DNA of 64,000 nt, taken from the NCBI GenBank assembly GCA_037447605.1, contig CM074810.1:1212880-1276879 (forward strand), given 5' to 3'. Within the stretch, counting starts at the first letter, position 1. Each line of letters opens with the position of its first letter. Under the pieces are notes generated by a model. That model was given only the letters and a program-made list of their open reading frames with translations, ran no database searches and was not told the origin of the DNA. Source of the DNA: Zygnema circumcarinatum SAG 698-1b (Eukaryota; Plantae; Zygnematophyceae). The translations under genes and the position numbers were made by a program. This document shows positions 50,421 to 64,000 of this stretch, in pieces.

Positions 50421-51052
50421 AATATATGCTGCCATGTGACTTGGCTTGCTCAGGCTGGAAGGAGAGCAGGGAGCAAAACGAATATGCGAAGAAAATGAAA
50501 GATACCTCCAGAAAAAGCTTCTTGCAAAAAGATCTACTCAAGGACAAAAGAAAATAGTAAGCAAAGTGAAACTGAAAAACTTTGAAATGAAATTAAAATC
50601 TCTGAAGACGCCAAAACATAGCAAAGAAAAAATCCCTTCAGGCAAACAAATAACCGGTAACAAAAAGGGTATGCCGGCACTGCATGCCTTTAAGAAAACA
50701 GAGTAAAAAAAAGCAGCGAAAATAGCATTGTCTTTTTCACCCTTTTTCTTGCCGCCATTTCAGATACAACAACATGTGAAAAAAAAAAAAAAAAACACAG
50801 CTCCTTTCAAGACCAGGTTTGCTCTTCCTCGTGGTTTCTTTTCCGGTTGAACGCGGGAGGCCGACGGGGGACGACGGACTCTCCTCCGACGGCCTTTACT
50901 CAAGGTACCCAACTCAAATACATGCCAATCAGGGCTCTCCAAGTGGGACTTTTATGACGTGGCAGTCCGTGATTGGTTGTCTTTTTAGACACTCGAGCTC
51001 AATGGAGTCTCGGCCCTCGGACTAAAGACGGAGGGAAGAAGTGCTCCAAGGC

Positions 51053-51100
51053 AACCCTAATACGGTAATCGGCTCCTCCTAACCCTAATTCTAGCCCTAA
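51053..51100 (+). promoter_or_regulatory. Telo-box-like AACCCTAA motifs upstream of the ribosomal protein gene
   Basis: caaccctaat, taaccctaat and agccctaat within 100 bp of the ATG; telo-boxes are typical of plant translation-machinery genes. Confidence 0.5.
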
Positions 51101-51149
51101 TTCCGCCTCTCACAGTGAGCGGGAGGAAGGCTGCGGGAGGGCGAGCGCC

Positions 51150-53526
51150 ATGAAGCACCGCAACACGTTCCGCAAGCTCGGGAGGACCAGCAGCCACCGA
51201 TGGGCCATGCTCAGGTCCGCTTGATTGCCAGGAGGGGGGGAAAGAAAAGGGGAGTGGGGAGTGAGGTGGGAGGACTGGAGAGGGGAGAGGGAGAAGGGAG
51301 GAAGGGGGAGAGAGAATGGAAGTTGGATAGGAGGGAGGCGGGGTGGAATTGAGAGAAGAGAGAGCGAGATTTTGGAAAGAGGGGGGAAGGGGAGATGAGT
51401 GAGGAGGGGAGGACGAAGGTGGGCGGACGAGTTGGGAGGTGGGGTTGGAGAGAGGAGAGGGGAGCGAGTTGGGGGGAAATTTGAGAGAGTGGAGAGGATA
51501 GAGGAGAGCGGAGAATGACGAAAGGAGAGGAGAGAGTGGAGGAGAGAGGAAATGTGACAATGTTTCTCCCTAAATGCTTGAAGCGCGTACTGATACATCC
51601 ATGGCGGATCCGACCGCAGGACTATGGCGTCCCAGCTGTTGCAGCACGAGCGCATAGAGACGACTGTGGCCAAGGTGAGTCCTCCCAGACGCTGGGTTGA
51701 GTCAAGGGTTTAGCTCTACTTTAGGAGAGCTCTCTCAGCTTCTGCGTATCAACGCTCTTGCAATTGACTACGGGTCTGAATTCTGGGAGCTCATGTTTCA
51801 GCCTTTTGGCAGCAAATTGAAGGTTCTGGAGTGAGTGGTAGGTCCTGAAGCTGACATAGGTTATGCAAACCCTACAGCTGAGAAACCTTGATCATTCAAT
51901 AAATTTGAAGTCTCCTTGTCATGATTTGCGATGAATTCAGGCTAAGGAATTGAGGAGAGTGACGGATAACATGGTGCAGCTCGGAAAAGAGGTGTTTCTC
52001 TTCACGCTTGAAACCTTCCGCCTCCTCCTTTCAATTATCGCTACAGTGAGGGAATTTTATGTACACAGCTCATATTTGAACCATTTTTTGGTCCAGAACC
52101 GTCAAATTGGTGCCTCAGAAATTTCTTCCTTTATTTCTGATGTTGGTCAAACACTGTGGTGTGTCTTGCTGTATCGTGAGTCATTGCGATATGACAAAGG
52201 AATTTCGTTGTGACTGTAGAATTGTATAGAGATGCTGCCTGCTATACTAGTGTTTCCCGATGGAGATAAGGCTGAAAAGAAGTGTGGAGGGAGGAGTCAG
52301 GGAACATTAGCTGCAAAGCGACAAGCGGCAGCTGTTGTGAGGGGGGACGAGGAGCTTCATAAACTCTTTAGTTCTCTGGCATTACGCTACAAGTACGTTC
52401 TACTCCTTACCTTACAGGGCTAAGGGGCCAAAATCTGCATTTTTGTCATTATGTTTCACTCTATATTCTTGCACTTGCGTTTTGGGTGTGTGATGTTTGC
52501 GGTGATGCATTTTTGGAAGTAGCTTAAGCTTCATTTCTTTGGTTTGTGGTACATTATGATCTCAAGATTTGGCCTTGAATGGTTTCCCCGTTTGGTTTGT
52601 GGCCTGTTGTCGAGCGTTTCAATGATGGATGAATGGCAATATAGCTCTCAGTCCACGCAGAAACATCAAATTCTATCCAGTTGAGACTTCTAGCTCACTT
52701 CCTGATGCGTCGGGCGTGTATTTCAGAAGAGATTTTTTGAGCTTTTCATGGTTTCAGCCTTCTCCGCTTTCAAGTTGTCTAACTGGCATAACTATTTACA
52801 TGTATATGTTCGTCTTGTGGGTGCTGAGGAGTTTCAGGGACAGAGCAGGTGGCTATACACGTGTATTAGCGACGCGAATTCGGACAAACGATGCAGCGCC
52901 AATGGCATACATAGAGTGAGTCAAAGATTGTATTGGTAGCACCATGTTTTAAACTTAACACAATTGCAGTGTTCGCAAAGGTAGCAAATGTGTGCTTAAG
53001 CAATGCTTATGCTTGTTGTTTCTTTAGGGTACTCCTCCCGCTCGCTCTCTCTCTCTCAGGAGAGGGTGAACACAGAGCCGGCCAAGAGCAGAACCGCGAG
53101 CATGAATAGAAAGTGGTGGTGTTTTGGGGCCTCTTTCTATCATCTATTTCCAGGCGCAATCACATATTTGGGTATCCAGTTTGTTTGGGTGGAATGGATA
53201 CTGGATGTTCGGTTCCCACTAAATCTCAATATTCCCCCCCTTCCCCCCTCCCTCCTCCCTCCCTCCTTTCTACCTTCTTCCTTCCCTTTCTCCCTTTCTC
53301 CCTTTCTCCCTCTTCCTGCGCTCTCTCTCTCTCTGCCTGCATGCATGCATGCAGGCTTGTAGACCGGCCAGGAGAATTGCGGAAGTCGAACCCCCCCCAG
53401 CCCCCCCCCCCCCAGCGCGCCCCTCTCGCTCCCTGGCTACAGTCGCGCTACATCCGCCACTGGGCGCCGCCCAAGGCCCCGCAGGAGGAGGCGCCGCCGG
53501 AAGAGGACAAGAGCGACCCTTTGTAG
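51150..53526 (+). CDS. RPL17: Organellar (probably mitochondrial) ribosomal protein bL17; exons approx. 51150-51214, 51620-51674, 51941-51991, 52301-52392, 52838-52915, 53355-53526
   Basis: [75 protein letters not shown]; no plastid transit peptide. Confidence 0.95.
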
Positions 53527-53871
53527 CATCGCGCCGCGAGGCTGTAGCGGGTGGGGCCCACCCATCATGATGACTAGGCTCCTCCCACGGCCCCTCGAGG
53601 AAGCGTTTATGTTCAGAATTTTGGCAATCCTTTTGCAGAGTATGTGATAATAAGAGCCGCCGCCGCCGCCTGCACACGTGCAATCCATTTTTTATGGAGT
53701 ACTATTTCACACCCATTCTGTAAAAATCCCTAAGCACCCTAAATACACGAGAAAGCCCTAAAGACAAAAGTTGACCTCGTTTCCTCTGAGAGATGCATGA
53801 TGGCGGCGGTGGTGGTTTGACCCAAAGTTTGGATGCTGATTGGCGATTGGTAAGGCTGTCAACTCTGTTTG

Positions 53872-54816
53872 GAGGGGGAGGGGAAGAGGGGAAGAGGGGA
53901 AGAGGGGAAGAGGGGAAGAGGGGAAGAGGGGAAGAGAGGGGACGGGAGGGGACGGGAGGGGCCGGGAGGGGCCGGGAGGGGACGGGAGGGGACGGGAGGG
54001 GACGAGAGGGAGGGGACGAGAGGGGACGCGAGGGGACGGGAGGGGACGAGAGGGGACGAGAGGGGACGGGAGGGGACGAGAGGGGACGGGAGGGGACGGG
54101 AGGGGACGGGAGGGGACGGAAGGGGAGAGGGGACGAGAGGGGAGAGGGAACGCGAGGGGACGGGAGGGGACGAGAGAGGGGACGAGAGGGGACGGGAGGG
54201 GACGAGAGGGGACGAGAGGGGACGGGAGGGGACGAGAGGGGACGAGAGGGGACGAGAGGGGACGAGAGGGGACGGGAGGGGACGAGAGGGGACGAGAGGG
54301 GACGGACGGGAGAGGGGAGGGAGGGGACGGGAGGGGACGAGAGGGGACGAGAGGGGACGAGAGGGGACGAGAGGGGACGAGAGGGGACGAGAGGGGACGA
54401 GAGGGGACGAGAGGGGACGAGAGGGGACGAGAGGGGACGGGAGGGGACGAGAGGGGACGGGAGGGGACGGGAGGGGACGGGAGGGGACGGGAGGGGACGA
54501 GAGGGGACGGGAGGGGACGAGAGGGGACGAGAGGGGACGAGAGGGGACGAGAGGGGACGAGAGGGGACGGGAGGGGACGAGAGGGGACGAGAGGGACAGG
54601 GGACGTCAGGGGACGTGAGGGGACGAGAGGGGCCGGGAGGGGACGGGAGGGGACGAGAGGGGACGAGAGGGGACGGGAGGGGACGGGAGGGGACGAGAGG
54701 GAACGGAAGGGGACGGGAGGGGACGAGAGGGGACGAGAGGGGACGGGAGGGGACGAGAGGGGACGAGAGGGGACGAGAGGGGACGAGGGGGAGGCGGGGA
54801 GGGGGGGAGAGGGGGA
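53872..54816. repeat. G-rich minisatellite: (GAGGGGAA)n followed by about 85 units of GGGACG[A/G]GAG
   Basis: Read directly; almost no T on the + strand. Confidence 0.97.
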
Positions 54817-55707
54817 GCCGCGTCCACATGCATGTGTCGTTCACAGTTCCGACATTTCCCGTTCCATGACAGTGGTCATCACAACCCGCTCACATGCTCG
54901 ACAGTTCCGTTCCGTCGCTGGTCATGCGGTGACCTGGTCGGGACGTGTGAACCTCTACGCGACAAAAGCGCCGCCCTGCCAAGGCCGGGGCCGGGCCTCC
55001 ATGCGCGGGTTCAACGGCGGGTCCGGGATCCACCGGGCCGCGCTTGGCCGACGTGGCGCCTACTTGGCAGCCACGTCCGAGTAGATTCTACTCCAAAAAC
55101 GAGGCGGATCCACAAAACGTTGATTGGAATATCCAATCGCGCGTCGCCACGTAGCTACAAAACAGACCCTCTGCGGTAGAACCATTCACCCTCTGTTTCT
55201 GGTTGAAGGAAATGGACGGTTTTTTTTTTTTTTTGAAGTGGCATTGATCTCACGATGGCGATGATGCCATCACATGTACATGGGCGACATCAGCATCATG
55301 GAGAAGGAACCACGAGGAACAACTGGTCGCAAAGGACCTAAGCACAAAAGTTGCAGTTGCGGGAGCGGTTGATTGTACCTCGGCCCTCGTACAACGGTGT
55401 CGCCGTGGGTGGGAGGATGAACGGGAAACTTAGTACCATGGCGCCATCCAAGAGCAGATGCAATTTTAGCAGACAACATCGTCTTATTGTGTAAAGTATG
55501 TGTGTGAGTGTGTTTAAGACTTTCACATGCATTGGCCAAGTAAGGACCCACACAGAATGAACAGAATTCCAATTCATTTCCAAAAGCAGACTCTTGTTGC
55601 AAAAAAAAAGGGGTGAAAAACCTGCTGCACAACGCGGCCTTGACTACTTATTGACTACTAGTTATAGTCATTCGGTCACAAAAAAAGGGCTCTGAAGAAC
55701 ATTGGAG

Positions 55708-58700
55708 TCACAAAGCCACGGTTTGCACGCGTAAACAGTCGCATTTGAACTGAGGAGTCTGCCAGATTTCTGCACTGCTTGCCCTCCGAGCTGAGAGCAA
55801 AGTCAGCCATGGCTGGAGCCAGGGCTCATCGACTCGGCCAGAGGAGAGGGCAGCCGGGCAAGTAAAGCTGCACAGAAACATCGCCCACTCTATCAGGGGA
55901 ATGCGGAACCCTTGATGAGTAAGATATAGGGTGAGAGAGAGGGTAAGGAATTGAGAGCGATCAGAGGAAAAAGAGTAAACGGGAAGAGAATACAAGGAGA
56001 GGGAGCGAGTGATGGGATGTATTCAGCTCTGGCAGTAGCAGGGTGAAGGTGAACAATGGGGAGTTGGAGTGTACATTGCAAGCGAAGGAGGTCAGTGAGT
56101 TGTGGGGTCCTTGAGGGAAGTGAGATAAGCTGAAAGTAGAGGAAAGAGCGGAGAGACAGTGGAGTATGAAGCGTAAACCTGAAGTATGACATACAATGAA
56201 AGCCGGAAGAATGAAGGGTGTGGGATGAGGACAGGGGACGAATGCAAAGGACGGAGAGTGAACAGAAAGACAAGGGACGAGAGCGAAAGGGAGAGTGAAC
56301 AAAGGGAGCACGTGAGGATGGCGTGGAGGATGCCATAACGGAAAGAGCAGTTTACAGAGTCTCAGTCTTATCAGGTTGCTATCGGTCAGTTCAGAGGTTG
56401 GCAATGCTCTTTGATGCATTGTCTCTGCTTGGGGTCAGCTAAATGGCAGCCACAAGCCTTGGCAGAACTAATCACGACGAGGGGTGATTTCTTTGCTCTA
56501 AATGCTCACCTGAGGAGAAGTTCCACGTCTGAAGCGGCTCCTTGCAAAGGTTCAGCCTTCATCACCAGGGCATTACTGACAGGTACAAAACAACAAAACA
56601 GATGACACAATGGGCGTGAGCCGGTGGGGTTGGAGCAATAAGTCGCAAAATTACGAAGGCAACAACAAAGTAATATTTACCACTTTTGCTCTCAAGAACT
56701 CAGTTGTGACATTTGAAAAAAAGAAACATTTTGCTAAATCGATGGTGCCGGGGTTGGCCCAGAATACCAATAAAGTGCGTGTGTACTGAAGACCTTGAGA
56801 GACAGAGAGAGGGGTTGAGAGTGTGAGAGAGAGAGAAAGGGGGGGTGGGGGGAAGGGGGGGAGGAGGATGGGGAATTGCATCGTGGGTGGTGAGGATGTG
56901 CAAGATGTTCCATCGAATTTCAAAACATAAAGGAAGTTAGAATGTGGTGATTATAAACTTATGAGCAAAGTCAAACAACACCAAACATAGATTTCAGAGC
57001 TTCACTACAAACATCAGGCAAGGCCCAACCCACGGAGCTGCCAAAAAGCATGCGTTCAACTTCTTTTTCTTAGCAAGCGTGCAAAGCTCCCATCTACTTT
57101 CAAGTGGCAGAATTATTCAGGAGTGAAGAGTTGAAGTATGCACACAAGACCATTCATGCGATCCAACACACCAAGGTAGCAGCACTTTGTAAAGGTGAAG
57201 CAGGCTGTCTGACAGTGCAACAGTTGCTTCACAGCCTCTCTCCTTCCGAAAATAGTACACGAGTGGATACCCCAACAGCCAACTGCCCCTCCACCCACCA
57301 AAGAGCAAGGAAGACTCTCAGCTCTCAGACTTGGAAAGTCGCAGCATGTAGGGGAACCGAAAAAGTTCAAATAAAGCTGGACAATCATCATAATAATCGC
57401 TCACATATTGTCAGTTTCTGCTGAAAATAATCAGCATCACTTTTGTCTGGAGGAAATGCCTACCCATTGATAGTCGGCAGAGGCAGTTCAGATGCGTTCA
57501 AAACATCATCCAAATTCCAAACGCGGTCGTCTACACCCAGGCTTCCAGACGAAGAGGCAGTTTGCCAATTCTCAGTATCCACCGACTTGCTCGTTTTTAG
57601 CTCTTGCGTCCGAGTGCTCCCGCAAGGCAGGGTTGAAGAGAAGCTCGTATCTGACCCACTGCCATGGCTGGCAGTATGGCTGCTTCCACTGCGGGTTGCC
57701 CAGGAACTCAGCAGGGAGGAATGCAGAGCTGCCAATTGACACATAATAACTGGCCTCTCCTTCAGCCCTGCAAACTATCCAAATCCCATCAACATTGTGA
57801 AACAAGATGACATCAATAGTTTAAAATCACAACTTCAGACTTCTTCCCAGCCTCAGATAGATGTAATCGGAATAGCATTCTCGGTAGACAAACAAATCTG
57901 TAGGCATGAACTTCCTCCTTATGAAGACTTTAGTTTGAGAAGGGCCTACCCGAGGGGTCCCGCTGTCAAGCTCCACAAACTGTATGCACCCATCTTGAGA
58001 AACGTCATCCGCATTCAAGCTTTGCTGAAGACGTGCCAGAAGGCAATGGGGAGACGCCAAGCACAGGCAGTCCCCCAGCTGTACCACACAAAGGGAGAAA
58101 TTCACTCCTGGAACGCCCTGCATCCCTCAGCTTCTCATGTTCCTTTAGACCAGCAGCAATACAAATTACTTCACACGCACTACCTGTAGGAACAAATAAT
58201 CGGTTATCTGGTACGTGTAGAGATACATCCATTCACAGTTCAAATTGACGACGAAGTTCAGGATGCTGGAGCCAGCACGATGAAAGTATGACTTAAAATT
58301 TCCCTATTCTGAAAGTGCAAGAAAGCCATATCGTGGCACTGGGCCTAAACCGGGCTCTGAAAGCGCCAGTTGCACACCTGATAGCCAACTTGCAACAATC
58401 TGTAGTGCCTCTAACTCAAACATGGCTATCCAGCCTGCTTGATACAAGTAGGCTGCTGGCAAAGGCCGCTGGCCTCTTTCTGTGAACAGAATGAGTTTCA
58501 CCAATTCTATTTGATGAAATTGGCTGAGGAGTCTCTCTGTTGTTCAAAGCTACAGTTGCATAAACCACAGAAGAGTAAAAACGCACATCCAAAGAAACAA
58601 GGAAAGCTTGAACCGTTTAAGGGAGGACGCACATCTTTTAAACGTTCAATGGCAGAACACAGCTCATTGCTGCGAACTCGCAAATAGTCCAACATCACGA

Positions 58701-59317
58701 ATGAACGAAGCCCCGTTACTAAGGCAAGGACATCTGCATAGCAGTTCAGTTCCCTTCATCCGATCACCGTTCCGTTTAGACTGACTTAACTCCCGGCCGG
58801 TCCTTAAGACGGGCAAGAAGCCTTCATGCTCCTTGGCGACCTCAGACACAGTTCTCTGCGTCGACCTTCTCTGAAATTGCAGGAGCAAACAATTGAAGAA
58901 CATCGATAACCTGGGGAATCCTGCTAATTATAACTCTACGCGCAGTCAAAAGATCAATACTACGCCAGTAACAGTAACAATACGTTGCAAATATTCAGAA
59001 ACAAGAATCGATTGACGGTGACTCTTCAAAATAGAAACACCTATCGCTGCAAACCCTGCCTGCAAAACAACGCCGCATTTGCAGTCTAACAAACACGTGA
59101 ATGTGTATAAGCCACGAAAGGCAGTGCATTGGCTAGCCCTAACACACCTAATAAATCAACTATCTCCCACCGCGACAAAGTGTAATAAACACATATCCAG
59201 CTTCTGGTCGCCGCCTTCCTCACCGTAAGCAAATCGACGCCAAGACCTCCGGAACGAGCTGCCAAGCCTTGCTGTCTGCAGAAGCGCTACGACCATCTCT
59301 GCTCCCTGACGGTCCAT
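55708..59317 (-). CDS. DUF4504/UPF0739 (C1orf74-like) protein; exons approx. 59317-59224, 58732-58633, 58117-57950, 57774-57465, 57282-57172, 56574-56509, 55867-55708
   Basis: Spliced reading DVLALVTGLRSFVMLDY ... LPTINGWLLGYPLVYYF ... LLSFTCPAAL ... VAL*. Motifs recalled from this family; not obvious in the ORF track because the exons are short. Confidence 0.72.
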
Positions 59318-59674
59318 GTCAGCTCTCAGCCCCTCCCTCCGTCCCTCCCTCCCTCCGGACGCAACGGCCACCGCATCCCCCTCCCTCCCTTGGCCGTACT
59401 CACTGCCAAGTACCAACCTGCGCTGCGCGCCCTAAAGCGGATGCCGCGAGAGTTGACAGCTGTGGGCGGGCGGTTGAGCTTGCGTCTCCGTCTCCTCTCC
59501 TTCCACCCTCTATCGCTCTCGCCCATCCTCCAACTCGCGCTCTCACTCTCTCTCTCTCTGCTCTCCGGCAACCTGTCTGCTTGACCTTCTGACTTGCTGA
59601 ACCCGTGCAAGGAGCAAAGCGAGGCGTAGAAGCAGTAAAGAGCGGCTCTTGGAAGGCGCGAGGCAGTTGCAGGA

Positions 59675-63068
<3,394 letters not shown>

Positions 63069-64000
63069 ACAACCAATCATCCGCGACCTACTTGTTTATT
63101 TACACATCGCTTCTCCTGCAAAAGGCATCAGGACGAGCGTTGGAGGGCCCGCCTTAACTATTGTACTCAGGGGAGGAGGAGGGAGACTGGATCAAAGGGC
63201 CAGGCTAAGTGTATCTGAAGGGCCCAAAGATATCAGACGAGCCCAAGCTATTGGCTATCCATTGTGAAGCGAAGGCTGCTAAGGCATCTAAAGTTGGCGA
63301 TATGTATGGGCTGTTCAGCTTTACGCAAGGCACTACCTCCCACCACTGGTAGGGCCTTCCTTCGGCGGGGTAGTCCTCTCTCACTCTCTGATGTGCTTCT
63401 TCTGTAGACGCCCTCTCAACTTATTGAAATCTTTATGACTTAGCCCTTGTCGGTTAGAAAGGCCCTTCCCATGTGGAGCAGAGTGGTAGGGCGTGGGGGG
63501 AATAGGCAGAAGGGTGGGTCCCCATAGTTTACTCACTGTACCTAAATAATGCAAATCATTGATGTTACCCTCCGGTGACTAAGCTATTGTTCCACCTGTA
63601 TTTAATTCACTTGAAAATGGTTGCAGCATCACGCCTACTCGTCAATGGTGATGGTGCACACTTACGTGAAAACTCTTGTAATGCAAAAACTAGCGTTGTG
63701 CATGCACATGGATGTGTGCGTAAACCATGACATGAAATGTTCATGAAATCATGACATCAATTATCACAAAATCACGTTAAATGAAGCAGATGACATCACC
63801 TTCGCATTGGCACTTCATGTGGCCATTGGGACCAATGCCAATCCATATCAACCAGATCGCCATGAGCGAGACTTTGTAGAGAGTCCCAACATGAAGCCAA
63901 CATGAAAGTTGTGAGAGTGCTTTTTTGGAAGCGCGAGATGGTAGAAAGTCCCACCTCCCAGCATGAGGCCAACATGGGCGTTGTGAGAGTGCTGGGTAGT

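Noticed and set aside
53702-55084. Long ORFs on both strands (extensin-like or GR-rich)
   Set aside because: They arise from a T-poor 10-nt minisatellite that is open in several frames.
63840-64000. Short direct repeats (catgaagccaacatg, ttgtgagagtgct)
   Set aside because: Truncated by the window end; cannot be classified.

Overview
Intron-rich eukaryotic nuclear DNA from a green plant. Gene style suggests a streptophyte alga or early-diverging plant (inference only). Eleven protein-coding loci can be reconstructed: a GTE bromodomain-ET protein (-), a PUX/p47 UBA-SEP-UBX protein (-), a secreted LRR-EGF-[assembly gap]-papain-EGF-EGF-LysMx4 locus (+), an intronless alpha/beta-hydrolase (+), an unrecognised two-exon protein (-), eIF5 (+) with a long uORF, a GIY-YIG nuclease (-), a NERD-like PHD/SWIB/Plus3/GYF/CCCH protein (+) with a U12 AT-AC intron, a DUF212 protein (+), organellar bL17 (+), and a DUF4504-like gene (-). 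A twelfth gene, RabE/Rab8 (+), lies head-to-head with the DUF4504-like gene. The window also has several non-autonomous transposons/MITEs, a dispersed ~100-bp repeat and a G-rich minisatellite. The standout is at 11.35-13.39 kb: 11 tandem ~197-bp exon+intron cassettes, each with one 72-nt LRR exon. They vary almost only at the ligand-facing residues that straddle the splice junction, and two have a dead acceptor but an intact frame. The array appears to be fused to a cysteine protease and glycan-binding LysM domains, making it a candidate diversifying extracellular recognition/defence system. The fusion crosses an N gap and is unproven. Exon coordinates were read by eye and may be off by a few bases.
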